Source of the DNA: a virus
Taxonomy: Duplodnaviria; Caudoviricetes
IMG/VR virus record: IMGVR_UViG_3300033121_000332
Coordinates: 1,191-65,190 of that record
Strand: one strand, 5' to 3'
Length of the DNA: 64,000 bases
Shown: positions 20,686-29,738 of the stretch, piece after piece
How the letters are laid out: every line of letters starts with the position of its first letter
Numbering within the stretch: position 1 is the stretch's first letter
Notes under the pieces: generated by a model
Seen by the model: only the letters and a program-made list of their open reading frames with translations
Told to the model about the DNA's origin: nothing
Databases searched by the model: none
Position numbers and translations under genes: made by a program

Positions 20686-21134
20686 CAGATAAAAGCGGCT
20701 CCTACGGTGGCGGCTCCTTGGATAAGGCTTCCCCACAAGCCACTCCCTTGTTTGGGTTGGCTGTTAAATCCTGATGTTTTGGTGTTGACCATCTGAGGGG
20801 ATGAGTAGTTCATCAAGGATTCAAGTTGCGCCATCTTCAACCGATTCTGGTCATACGCCTGCTCGCGGTACGCCTGTCCTTCTTGCTGTCCCAACTCGCC
20901 CAATCCTGATCGAGTCATCTGCTCCCGCATCTCAGGGGTGGTGAACGCACCCATCGGATTCTGATACGTTTGCATCAGATCCCGCTTGGCCGCGCCAAAG
21001 CGATATTGCGTTGTTGGATCGGCCATCGGGGTGAAACCTTTAAACGCCTGATAGTCGGCAGTTTGAGGCTTCTCCATGAACCCGTATTCCTGTTTTTGCT
21101 CAAACGGCAATTGCTGTGTTTTCGGTTTTCCCAT
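20685..21134 (-). CDS. Probable small ejection/pilot protein
   Basis: Gln-rich helical body with C-terminal GLWGSLIQGAATVGAAFI amphipathic helix; follows a GNAT gene as in T7/P22-like layouts. Confidence 0.55.
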   Translation of the reverse strand: MGKPKTQQLPFEQKQEYGFMEKPQTADYQAFKGFTPMADPTTQYRFGAAKRDLMQTYQNPMGAFTTPEMREQMTRSGLGELGQQEGQAYREQAYDQNRLKMAQLESLMNYSSPQMVNTKTSGFNSQPKQGSGLWGSLIQGAATVGAAFI

Positions 21135-21648
21135 GATATTTCGTCCAATCTGCTCTTGTTAGCGAGTACGGTTGCCACGAATAATGCCAGCGACCATCTA
21201 TCTCAACTTCAGGCTCTCCGCAAAGCGTCAATCCGCAACTTTCGGCCAGCATCTTGCTCCCTTTATGAACATGGCCATTAAAGGTCGGAACCATCGTATA
21301 AATAAATGCCGCATCCATTTTATCAAATAAATCCCATCCTATCTCGTAGGTAGCCGCCGTTATTTTAACGGGATCTGATCCTTTTGGCGACGTGACGTGA
21401 AATAGATACCCACCATTAGATTCTTTCTGTATCGTAATGAGAGTGATCATCTTCTCACCCTCAAACACCGCCACGTCCACCTGTGAATTCTTTTTTGCGC
21501 GGTCAAGGTAGACAACCAGAAGATCAAATCCCCCCGTATGTGGAAACAATCGTGGCCGATCCTGCGTCCATCTGTACGCCAAAACGTACCAGATAACGTC
21601 TTTCTCAGGGTCAAGTCGGCGATATGTTATGGCGTCATCTTTTTCCAT
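21100..21648 (-). CDS. GNAT-fold protein (T7 gp13 / P22 gp14-like position)
   Basis: Beta-strand pattern and KGSKMLAESCGL motif-B-like segment; located between tail and ejection genes. Confidence 0.5.
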   Translation of the reverse strand: MEKDDAITYRRLDPEKDVIWYVLAYRWTQDRPRLFPHTGGFDLLVVYLDRAKKNSQVDVAVFEGEKMITLITIQKESNGGYLFHVTSPKGSDPVKITAATYEIGWDLFDKMDAAFIYTMVPTFNGHVHKGSKMLAESCGLTLCGEPEVEIDGRWHYSWQPYSLTRADWTKYHGKTENTAIAV

Positions 21649-22172
21649 ACTGCTGCACCGTTGGTCGAGTCAAGACAAATATAAGCGTCATCCGCTGTAG
21701 TATCGCACCAGATTGAACCGACCGCATAACCAGCCGCCGCGTCATCCGTGACACCTGGGGCGACTGCTGCCGCCAGATTGCTCTTTTTGGTGGCAATGGC
21801 ATCAATGCCAAGATTGGTTCGCGCTCCACTTGCCGATGTCGCGCCCGTTCCCCCATAAGCTACGCCAAGCGCATTCGTCAAAGTCAAAGTAGCAATGCCG
21901 GCTGTGCCTGTAATGGTCAACCCCGTGAATTGCGGCGACGACCCGGTAGAGATTGCCTGAGCAATGGACAGGGTAATGACCGAGCCACCGGGACTCACGG
22001 TGACATTTGATCCGGTGAACGTAAGATTGGGGCCAAGCAGTCCATTGATTGACTGAATGGCTCCCGTTACCGCCGCGCCAATCAGGATAGCCTGGTTCGC
22101 CTGTCCCGCCTGACCCTGCGCCAAGATAAACTCAGGGTCATTGGATACGTCAAAATCATATTCACTTCCCAT
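21627..22172 (-). CDS. Small tail/fibre-associated protein
   Basis: C-terminal GVTDDAAAGYAVGSIWCDTTADDAYICLDSTNGAAVWKK motif typical of phage fibre proteins. Confidence 0.6.
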   Translation of the reverse strand: MGSEYDFDVSNDPEFILAQGQAGQANQAILIGAAVTGAIQSINGLLGPNLTFTGSNVTVSPGGSVITLSIAQAISTGSSPQFTGLTITGTAGIATLTLTNALGVAYGGTGATSASGARTNLGIDAIATKKSNLAAAVAPGVTDDAAAGYAVGSIWCDTTADDAYICLDSTNGAAVWKKMTP

Positions 22173-22182
22173 AACTTTCCTC

Positions 22183-22211
22183 TTGACATTCTACCATTCC
22201 AGTCGTATTCT
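22183..22211 (+). promoter_or_regulatory. Sigma70-type promoter, antisense to the late operon
   Basis: TTGACA (22183-88), 17 nt, TATTCT (22206-11). Confidence 0.6.
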
Positions 22212-22217
22212 ACCACT

Positions 22218-22297
22218 GCCTATTCAGGTAAGAACCACAAATGACCACGCCTCCTGTGGTCAAAAGGGGGAGCCGCCCGCGCTCCCCCTTTAGTTTT
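22218..22297 (+). ncRNA. Candidate small RNA with GCCUCCU loop
   Basis: Promoter upstream; hairpin TGACCAC-GCCTCCT-GTGGTCA (22242-62); terminator downstream; no ORF. Ends are estimated. Confidence 0.45.
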
Positions 22298-22298
22298 T
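22263..22298. terminator. Bidirectional intrinsic terminator
   Basis: AAAGGGGGAGC-cgcccgc-GCTCCCCCTTT with T-rich tails on both strands. Confidence 0.8.
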
Positions 22299-24552
22299 AG
22301 TAGCGATTACTCCTGCTGGTATAATCCAGTAAAATTTCATCAAGTCTCGCCAAGTTAGGGTTGGTGGATGCCAGTGAGCATCGGACGGAAAATAGTCGTG
22401 CGCGAGGGACAAAAATGCGTTTAACCTCGGTTTGCCTGACTGGTTGGGTATCCGCTCCGGCTGTAGACATAGCAAAGGTGAGTGATCCACTATCAGAGTT
22501 TGTGCCATTCTGAATATCAACTATTGGAACAGACTCTTGCACCTGAGCCGCCCACACTCCCGCCGCCATGCTCGATGTCGAATACCCCGTCAAAGCAATG
22601 CTCCTGATCGTCTTGTCTAACCCGTCCTGCCCCAAATCCACAAAGGGAGTGGCAATGTATCCCGTTACCTGACTGGTTCCACTGTGCCATTTGTATATTT
22701 TCTCATTAGCAATGAAGTAAAGCTGCCCCGAAACCGTGGCCACACCCGAAACTGTCATATTGGCACTTGTCGATTCAATTACTATCGGAGTTGACCAGAC
22801 ATCGTAACGCAGCATATACATCAACACTTTGGTCGTGTAATAGCCGCTTCCATTGACGCTATCGTTGCTGTGGAAATAGCAAACCGCCTCATTGACAGGA
22901 TCGTATCCTACGCTAACCCTCTCCGGCGTGAAATTCTGGAATTCGTTAGCGACATCTGCCGCCCATGTGAACTCCATCGAGCCTTCATCCCCATCCGCAA
23001 TGGAGCGAGTCGGCCCGTAGGATGTATAGCCATACAACCGGCCATTGACGAATACCAAGCCTTGCGGATTTCTGAATCCGGCCCGCCAGAAGGGACGGGT
23101 CGTGATCGGTGACACCTGGTTGCCGCTGAGTGTCACCATATGCAATCGATTTTCCGTCATGCAAAACAGCCGGCCATTACCTTCCACGTATCCGATAATA
23201 TTTTCGGGCGGAGAAACAGCCACGCGTAGTTCAGCCGGGTAAGCATCAGGATTGTTTGGCTTGGATGGACGAATAACGGGGCCGGGAGCCGTATCCCCAA
23301 GCCTGATCACCACTCCCGCGCCGTCTGTAGCGTTAGGCGTCGGACTGACCGTCATTGACGTATCCGACGCAATCGCAATAACTTCATAATAGTCATTGTT
23401 GATATAGACGATCTGGCCACGCTGAATGTCCGTCAAAAAGGTTGTGGATGTTCCCGCTACCGTCGCATTTCCGCTTGTACGGATCACTGTACCATCAAGT
23501 TTCCGTCCGGGGCCATTACAACTCAAAAGAATCGGGTAGCCTTGGAGTGACGCGACAAAAGCCGCGTCAGGTGGTGCATCATTGTTAAAAGACAGCAAAG
23601 TACTTCCAGCAATTTCCGCATCAGTGTACTCAACATCGTAGGTTGACCCTCCCGCCGCCGACACCGACGCCGTAGTGATCCTCTCTATGAAATACCACGG
23701 CCCCTGAATTCCTGAACCGCTAAACAAACTTCCATAAATATCCCATGCATCCTGTCCACCCGTGGTATCCATCGCGGGAAAAGTAATGCGGATTTTATCT
23801 CCGGTGGCAAGCGTGACCTCTACTTTGTTCGAAGGGTTGTTGTATCCGCCAGTGGAAAGCCGGACAGGAACGATGCGAACAGAATAGACTCCTGCTTGCA
23901 TATTCTTTGTACCGCTGCCAGTTGCCGCCACCGTTGTCAGCGTAGGTGTAAGCATCCCTAACTTAGTGTAGGAATATGCTCCCGTTCCTGGGTTGTACAT
24001 TGCTATTTGAAGGCGCTTTGTGGCAGTCAAGCCGGGAGCGGTCAATCCCGCCCCATTCACTTTGACGACACCTTGTCCTACCGCTAAAAGTGTGCCTTGT
24101 GGAAATCGTTGGACTGAACCACGCGCCAAAGACACGCGAGAAATATCCACGTCCATTAGAATATGGGGGATCTTAATTGCGTATCCCGAACCGGATGCTG
24201 CCGGCGCGGGGGAAACTGTCATCGAAGTATTGGATGCAATATTCCGAACCTGGTATAACTGATTGTTGATCAAAATAGCTGACCCTACAATCAACTCTTG
24301 AAGAAAAACCGTGCTAGTCCCGGTGACAGTCGCCACCCCATTAGTAATAGCGGCTGTCCCGGTCAGAGTCGTAGCCGCCACGGTTTCTGAGATGTCCTCG
24401 TACCCCTTCCATGACTGCGTGAACAGGACATCCCCATTTCCCGTGACGATCTGGTTCAACCCGCGAAAAATATAACGCGGGTCATCCCCACTGTAAGGGG
24501 AATTCGGGCGATAGCCTCCGCTTGGTGTCCACGATATCCGGTTCTTTTTCAT
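22297..24552 (-). CDS. Tail nozzle / tubular protein B-like
   Basis: 751 aa, beta-rich; follows adaptor genes; C-terminal YIATPFVDLGQ..KTIRSI pattern typical of P22 gp10 / T7 gp12-like proteins. Confidence 0.65.
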   Translation of the reverse strand: MKKNRISWTPSGGYRPNSPYSGDDPRYIFRGLNQIVTGNGDVLFTQSWKGYEDISETVAATTLTGTAAITNGVATVTGTSTVFLQELIVGSAILINNQLYQVRNIASNTSMTVSPAPAASGSGYAIKIPHILMDVDISRVSLARGSVQRFPQGTLLAVGQGVVKVNGAGLTAPGLTATKRLQIAMYNPGTGAYSYTKLGMLTPTLTTVAATGSGTKNMQAGVYSVRIVPVRLSTGGYNNPSNKVEVTLATGDKIRITFPAMDTTGGQDAWDIYGSLFSGSGIQGPWYFIERITTASVSAAGGSTYDVEYTDAEIAGSTLLSFNNDAPPDAAFVASLQGYPILLSCNGPGRKLDGTVIRTSGNATVAGTSTTFLTDIQRGQIVYINNDYYEVIAIASDTSMTVSPTPNATDGAGVVIRLGDTAPGPVIRPSKPNNPDAYPAELRVAVSPPENIIGYVEGNGRLFCMTENRLHMVTLSGNQVSPITTRPFWRAGFRNPQGLVFVNGRLYGYTSYGPTRSIADGDEGSMEFTWAADVANEFQNFTPERVSVGYDPVNEAVCYFHSNDSVNGSGYYTTKVLMYMLRYDVWSTPIVIESTSANMTVSGVATVSGQLYFIANEKIYKWHSGTSQVTGYIATPFVDLGQDGLDKTIRSIALTGYSTSSMAAGVWAAQVQESVPIVDIQNGTNSDSGSLTFAMSTAGADTQPVRQTEVKRIFVPRARLFSVRCSLASTNPNLARLDEILLDYTSRSNRY

Positions 24553-25142
24553 TTGATAGCGTTAGGGATCACATTGTCCATGTATCCGCGAATTCTTAGT
24601 GCCAGATACTTAATCATTTCATCTTCCAGCGTATGCGGCAAATACGTCGCAATGCCGGCCAAAGTGGGAACCACTGGCGCGGTTACAGTTAAGGGGCCGA
24701 TGGTGTCAGTCGTTGAGCCGGATGCAACCTGCTTGGTATAAATCTGGTTTCCGGTCGAGATGCAGTAATAACCGAATACAGTTGGCAACGGTTTAAGGAA
24801 GTCGGCGTAATTCTTGATTCTGACCAGTACGTTGCCCACCCCATTGCTTGCCCCGGTATCGGCGTCTACAACTGCGCCCTCTGATAGATACTCGGTCAAA
24901 ATATCGTAATTTGCGCTGACACTTTCGAGGGAACCGACTCCGCTTGTCAGAGTGATCGATGTCGCACGTTCCAACAATCCCCTACGTTCGGGATCTGCCG
25001 CTACATCCGTGGCCAAGTGGTGAATGGCTTGCTCGGCCAGTACTTCGGCTTCCTGCCGCAACTTCTGGATAACGTTGGTATCGGGGTCTGTCCCGGCTAT
25101 GGCGGTGTCCAGTGCGGATCTGATGATTTCAGCGAGTGTCAT
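24549..25142 (-). CDS. Head-tail adaptor-like protein
   Basis: ATG 25142 in an ATGA overlap; helical N- and C-termini with a beta middle, as in P22 gp4 / T7 gp11-like adaptors. Confidence 0.5.
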   Translation of the reverse strand: MTLAEIIRSALDTAIAGTDPDTNVIQKLRQEAEVLAEQAIHHLATDVAADPERRGLLERATSITLTSGVGSLESVSANYDILTEYLSEGAVVDADTGASNGVGNVLVRIKNYADFLKPLPTVFGYYCISTGNQIYTKQVASGSTTDTIGPLTVTAPVVPTLAGIATYLPHTLEDEMIKYLALRIRGYMDNVIPNAIK

Positions 25143-25918
25143 TGTTTTGTCATTGCTCCCGCTATCGGCATCCCAGGCATTGAAGTCGCGCCCTGCCGTA
25201 GCAATTGCAAGCATTTATTGTAGTAGTCACGGTAATACGCCACCGTCGCCTGATATTCATCTTCGATCAGTAACGCCTGAACTCCCCCCGCTACCACGCA
25301 ATCAAGCAATGGTTCAGGCACGTACATTACCCCATTGTTAGTGATGACCGCCGCAGCTTGGCTCCGGTCATACCACACTACCTTGAACTGTACGGGTGAT
25401 CCTGTACTAATATTGCCCAAGGTACTCATCACGGTTGCCCCGTGAATGCAGTAGAGATACGGCTGATTCGTGTAAATGCCCGTATTAAGAAGATACTGAC
25501 TGATTCGCTCTGGACTGGCCGGGGTCATGATGATCTGTGGAGCGGTTGCCGGTGACATGACACTGCCAACATAGCAAATACCCGGAACGCCCACTATAGG
25601 CTTATTGTTGCTCGCTGTCTGTGGAAATGTCTCGCCGTGGTAAGTGACCCCCGTAAATGTTTCCAGCGTGTTGCGCCAGTAGTGATTGCCGATGCCCGTA
25701 TTTGGATCGACCGCAGACGCAATCTCTTGAACAATCCGGCTTTCCACGTCTATGACTACATCTTTGATCAAGTCCAGATTGTACACAGGATCGTCAACTT
25801 CCGTTGTCGTCAAGGGAGATGCCGTGTAGTTGGTGGCCATGGCGGAGGCAGTTGCCCCCGTGATGGCATTCACCCTTTTGGCAATCTCCCTAATGGCAAA
25901 TCTGTACGAGATAGACAT
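25139..25918 (-). CDS. Head-tail adaptor-like protein
   Basis: Position; C-terminal LLDCVVAGGV..LL..EY....YYRDYYNK helix pattern. Confidence 0.5.
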   Translation of the reverse strand: MSISYRFAIREIAKRVNAITGATASAMATNYTASPLTTTEVDDPVYNLDLIKDVVIDVESRIVQEIASAVDPNTGIGNHYWRNTLETFTGVTYHGETFPQTASNNKPIVGVPGICYVGSVMSPATAPQIIMTPASPERISQYLLNTGIYTNQPYLYCIHGATVMSTLGNISTGSPVQFKVVWYDRSQAAAVITNNGVMYVPEPLLDCVVAGGVQALLIEDEYQATVAYYRDYYNKCLQLLRQGATSMPGMPIAGAMTKQ

Positions 25919-25920
25919 GG

Positions 25921-26403
25921 CTAGTTATTCTCTGATCGGCAAGGAATCATTGTGATGGTATAGGTCGCTCCGGCAGGCGAACCCGAAGTGCCGGCGACTT
26001 TCTCCCTGATACGAACACGATCACCAAACGGGCCACCTCGCACCGTTCCTGCGCTCAACGCTGCAACTGATACTGCGCTTGCCTGGGTAATCGTCGTAGC
26101 AATGCGTCCCTGGATGACAAATCTCTGTGTTCCGGTAGTCGTTCCAAGGGTCAACTGCGCCGATGAAACCATATCGTCCCACGTTGTCCCTCCGTCCCAA
26201 CTATCCTGAATGTAAATATTCACCGTTCCGGTGGCAGTGCCAGCCGCAGTGACGTTGATCAGGAATATCAGCGAATCATAGTCTTGCAATCCCGCAAAGA
26301 CTGTGCCGCCGCCGAGGCTGCTATTCATTGGAACGGTAACGGTTGCATCTGTGATCCCTGAAACCCTATCCGTTACCAAGGGAACAACTGCTTTGTTTAT
26401 CAT
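25921..26403 (-). CDS. Hypothetical virion protein (beta-sandwich-like)
   Basis: AGGAG RBS; lies in the structural operon. Confidence 0.6.
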   Translation of the reverse strand: MINKAVVPLVTDRVSGITDATVTVPMNSSLGGGTVFAGLQDYDSLIFLINVTAAGTATGTVNIYIQDSWDGGTTWDDMVSSAQLTLGTTTGTQRFVIQGRIATTITQASAVSVAALSAGTVRGGPFGDRVRIREKVAGTSGSPAGATYTITMIPCRSENN

Positions 26404-26419
26404 GGCTCTCCTTTAATCG

Positions 26420-27217
26420 TCAAAATTGATTTGGCCCAAACATTCCAATATTGAATCCGACATCATCCAGTGCGCCATCGCCAAATCCCATTCGGCGTTC
26501 AGTGCCGGCTTCCATCAATTCAGCAATATAAGTGTCGAATTGACGCTGAAACTGGACTTCCTGATGAGTCAGAGACGCTGCCATTGCCTGTGTCTTTAAT
26601 TGCCACGCCTTCTGCAAATGAGGCTTTTCCGCATCAATGCGAATCTCTCCCCATTTACAATAAGGCAAAGCGTTAAGCGCGGTTTGCGTTCGCACCAAGT
26701 GGTGAAAAGGTGACAGTCCAAAGGTGTCACCCAACGACTGCGGCGTATGCGTCAGTGTTTCGTACCAGACTTTATAAGTGGTTGCGCCCCCTGGTATCGG
26801 GGTAAATCGCATATACCACGCATAGTCCGTGGCATAAAAAGTCACGGTACTGACCATCGGGACATTTTGCGTCGTATTGTAAACCTGTTTCGGCCCGTTG
26901 TAGAACATGTTGACGTTCTGCAATGTGCTGAAAGGTATTTCTACCCTTGGTCGATAAGTATTGGAGGGGTCGTCAAAATAGCAGAGAAATGGCTTGCCAA
27001 AGTCCGGCGCGGTCACAAGATAATCCTCTTGGCCGGCAGTCGTATTGATCGTCCATTCCCGCACCGACCACGCTGCCGATGAGTTTTGGAGTTGGTTCAG
27101 GTGATGTTGAACCTGGTTTCCCAGGATTTCAAACAGTATTCTGTCCGATGGCTGTTGCTCCGTTGGCTCATCAAGCAATGCTCTGACCTGTGCGAGATTT
27201 TCTACTATTGTAGGCAT
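26420..27217 (-). CDS. Head-tail adaptor / tubular protein A-like
   Basis: WTINTTAGQEDYLV..DF motif and adaptor-like helix/strand layout. Confidence 0.55.
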   Translation of the reverse strand: MPTIVENLAQVRALLDEPTEQQPSDRILFEILGNQVQHHLNQLQNSSAAWSVREWTINTTAGQEDYLVTAPDFGKPFLCYFDDPSNTYRPRVEIPFSTLQNVNMFYNGPKQVYNTTQNVPMVSTVTFYATDYAWYMRFTPIPGGATTYKVWYETLTHTPQSLGDTFGLSPFHHLVRTQTALNALPYCKWGEIRIDAEKPHLQKAWQLKTQAMAASLTHQEVQFQRQFDTYIAELMEAGTERRMGFGDGALDDVGFNIGMFGPNQF

Positions 27218-27234
27218 GGCTGAGGACGCTTCCT

Positions 27235-28203
27235 TTACCGTTTACGGCGTGTACGAGTAGTTGATATTCCCTCATCCACTTCCACATCATCCACTACCAC
27301 CACATCCGAACTGACAGGTGGTTCCGTGGGGGATGGGGGTGGCTGAGGCGCAGGAGCCGGAGCCGTCTGCATAGCGTTATTCTGATTGATCGCGGCAACA
27401 GTCGCCGCCACGATAGTCGCTACCGTGTTTGGGTCAATGCCGGCTGGCACTTTTTCGGCTACCTGTTCACGCAGGGAATTGATTGCCAGGGGGATGCCTG
27501 TACGCAATGAAAATAGGCGATCCCGTTCATCAAAGTTGCGCTTATACCCCGGCTCGGTCGATGGCAATGTCACAGCAATGTTGGTCGCCGCAATCACGTC
27601 AGTCATATGCCGGTGCGCGGCTTCCACCGCATCAAGCATTTTCTGACCGATGGCCAATAAGAGTGTTCGTGCGGGAGTATCCGTGACACGAATTCTATCC
27701 AGTGCCGCGTTGATTTGACGCATCACATCTGCGTTGGTTTCGGGGATACGGGGATATTCGGGAAAAAACGTCTCTGTGACATGCAGCTTGGCAACTTCAC
27801 CGACTGGCATGCCTCGCAATACATCCAATTCGACCAATCCCCAATTATGGGCGGCATCCAGCATGTTACCGTACTGCTCAAGCAGATTTGAGCATTCCGA
27901 ACCTGAATACAGCCAATATTTTGCAATTCCACGCGAATACTCTTCTGTCCCGCGAATCCGGGAGCCATCGGGGATTTCCTGCATCCGCGCCGGAACCTGA
28001 ACCGTCAGACAGGGAGTGACCTCGCACCGACGAATCAGCTTGTTTGGAATCGATAGCGATTGGACGCTGATTCCCCCCGGTGCAGGCAACCCCGGTTCAT
28101 CTCCGGGATAAAAGAAATACCTTTCGCGCCGATCCTCCACAACATCTACCGGCGTTGCGGGAATCATCTTACTTGCTACATCAAATGCCGCTTGTCCTAC
28201 CAT
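27235..28203 (-). CDS. Hypothetical protein
   Basis: 322-aa ORF in the operon with Pro-rich, basic C-terminal tail. Confidence 0.65.
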   Translation of the reverse strand: MVGQAAFDVASKMIPATPVDVVEDRRERYFFYPGDEPGLPAPGGISVQSLSIPNKLIRRCEVTPCLTVQVPARMQEIPDGSRIRGTEEYSRGIAKYWLYSGSECSNLLEQYGNMLDAAHNWGLVELDVLRGMPVGEVAKLHVTETFFPEYPRIPETNADVMRQINAALDRIRVTDTPARTLLLAIGQKMLDAVEAAHRHMTDVIAATNIAVTLPSTEPGYKRNFDERDRLFSLRTGIPLAINSLREQVAEKVPAGIDPNTVATIVAATVAAINQNNAMQTAPAPAPQPPPSPTEPPVSSDVVVVDDVEVDEGISTTRTRRKR

Positions 28204-28997
28204 TAAGTCTCCTTGTCAGTGGTCACAATTTTCTTGGCCGCTGGCATGAAATGATACTTACCGTGTTTAAGCACCGAAGGGTCGTCAGTGAACATTCGAT
28301 GCCCGTGTGTCTTGAAGGAATCCATCAACGCCTGATAATAAGTTGTCCGGCGTTCCTGTTCCATCTGTTCCATATTATACCGATGCTCCTTGGCAACTTG
28401 TATCGCTTCGGCTTCTGAAAATTTCTCTCCCGGACGATGCGCCCGAACCAGCGCATCCCGCTCACGCAGCATCCGCTTCAAGTCGTCCAGGTCAGATTCG
28501 TTCGGTTCTCGATACAGTCCAAGGCATAACTCACCATCTTTGGTCGCCCCTGTCCCATTACAGCATTCGGGATGGTGAGCAACCGTAGTCAGATGAGTGT
28601 AAAACCCCTGACCGCGAGTGTCCACGGTCGAGGGGTTAAACTCCTCTTCGCTTGGTTCGTGATATTCTTCCAGTACAAAGCGTGGAAGCGTAATGTCCAC
28701 ATCTATGTCATGAACGAATTTCACGCCAGCCGGGGTTTCACCCTCACATTGATAGACTTGCGTGTAAAGCCGATACCGTGCGCGTTTCTCTCCATTTACT
28801 ACGTGCATAGAGATAGATTCATCCGGGTGTGCCGGCCAAATCAAGCGCACATTCGACTTTCCATTAGAAGCTAGTCCAGCTATTTTGTCGATTTTCTTTT
28901 GAAAGGCGGCAATACGCGCATCATTCCACGGAGATTCATAATTTTCATCAGGAACCTTGTCGAAAAAATGCGGGGAACTGGTTTCTGGTATATACAA
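28203..28997 (-). CDS. Hypothetical protein
   Basis: 264-aa ORF coupled to the next gene (TAATG). Confidence 0.65.
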   Translation of the reverse strand: MYIPETSSPHFFDKVPDENYESPWNDARIAAFQKKIDKIAGLASNGKSNVRLIWPAHPDESISMHVVNGEKRARYRLYTQVYQCEGETPAGVKFVHDIDVDITLPRFVLEEYHEPSEEEFNPSTVDTRGQGFYTHLTTVAHHPECCNGTGATKDGELCLGLYREPNESDLDDLKRMLRERDALVRAHRPGEKFSEAEAIQVAKEHRYNMEQMEQERRTTYYQALMDSFKTHGHRMFTDDPSVLKHGKYHFMPAAKKIVTTDKET

Positions 28998-29021
28998 GGT
29001 ATATCCCCCTTGGTTGATTGA

Positions 29022-29306
29022 TTATCTATGTGGCCAGAGATACACCCAAATATCCACCGCCGCCAAGGTCGCCGTTCCACCCTGAAGGGTGCAAGTGACA
29101 TTGGTTGCCGGAGTGGTGCTGAGGTTGTGACTGCATGGCCCCATTACGCCATAAACGATTGCGCTCCCCGCTCCAAACTTGGGGGTGATCGCTACGGTAT
29201 CGCCAGTCGATGCGCCTGCTGCCACACGCCACTGCTCAATGCTACCTGACCCGAAGGGTATGGGACTGCCGGCTGAACTGACAAAAACTCCTGCTTGTGT
29301 TGCCAT
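29022..29306 (-). CDS. Small virion protein (putative capsid decoration), paralog of 29376..29684
   Basis: AGGAG RBS; alignable with its neighbour (GDTVAITP/ADTAVIVP, GPCSHNLS/GPVQHNLS). Confidence 0.6.
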   Translation of the reverse strand: MATQAGVFVSSAGSPIPFGSGSIEQWRVAAGASTGDTVAITPKFGAGSAIVYGVMGPCSHNLSTTPATNVTCTLQGGTATLAAVDIWVYLWPHR

Positions 29307-29321
29307 ATGTTCTCCTTAGAA

Positions 29322-29349
29322 AAATGGGGAATAGCCGTCTACTCCCCTT
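29322..29349 (-). terminator. Probable intrinsic terminator or attenuator after the first decoration gene
   Basis: GGGGAGTAG-acgg-CTATTCCCC-ATTTTT on the minus strand. Confidence 0.55.
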
Positions 29350-29375
29350 AGCTTGAGGAACTGGAGGACAAATCC

Positions 29376-29684
29376 TTACGAAACCGGAAGTGGCCCGAAC
29401 AGGTACACGTCGATTGCGCCGACCGTGGCCGTGGTTCCATTTCCCGCAATAGTGACCGTGACCTGTGATGCGCCGGTTCCAGACAGATTGTGCTGGACTG
29501 GCCCCCACACGGTACGGACGTTGGTGAAAGTTGACGGAACGATGACCGCAGTATCAGCGGGAGCCTGTCCCGATGCAATGCGGAATACTTCAACCGGACA
29601 CCCGCCAATATTGAGCGCGGTTCCTTTGTTGTTTACCACCGTCCGAGTGATATTGACGATGTTGCTTGTGGCGACTGATGCCAT
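29376..29684 (-). CDS. Small virion protein (putative capsid decoration)
   Basis: Directly after the major capsid gene; AAAGGAGA RBS. Confidence 0.6.
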   Translation of the reverse strand: MASVATSNIVNITRTVVNNKGTALNIGGCPVEVFRIASGQAPADTAVIVPSTFTNVRTVWGPVQHNLSGTGASQVTVTIAGNGTTATVGAIDVYLFGPLPVS

Positions 29685-29738
29685 ATCTTTTTCTCCTTTT
29701 AGGTTTCGGGGGGATCGGCTGTCTCCCCCCTAATCCGG

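Noticed and set aside
22213-22255. Minus-strand AGGAGG as the RBS of a type I toxin peptide
   Set aside because: The nearest GTG is 1 nt from the SD and gives a 12-aa non-hydrophobic peptide; other starts give 4-6 codons.
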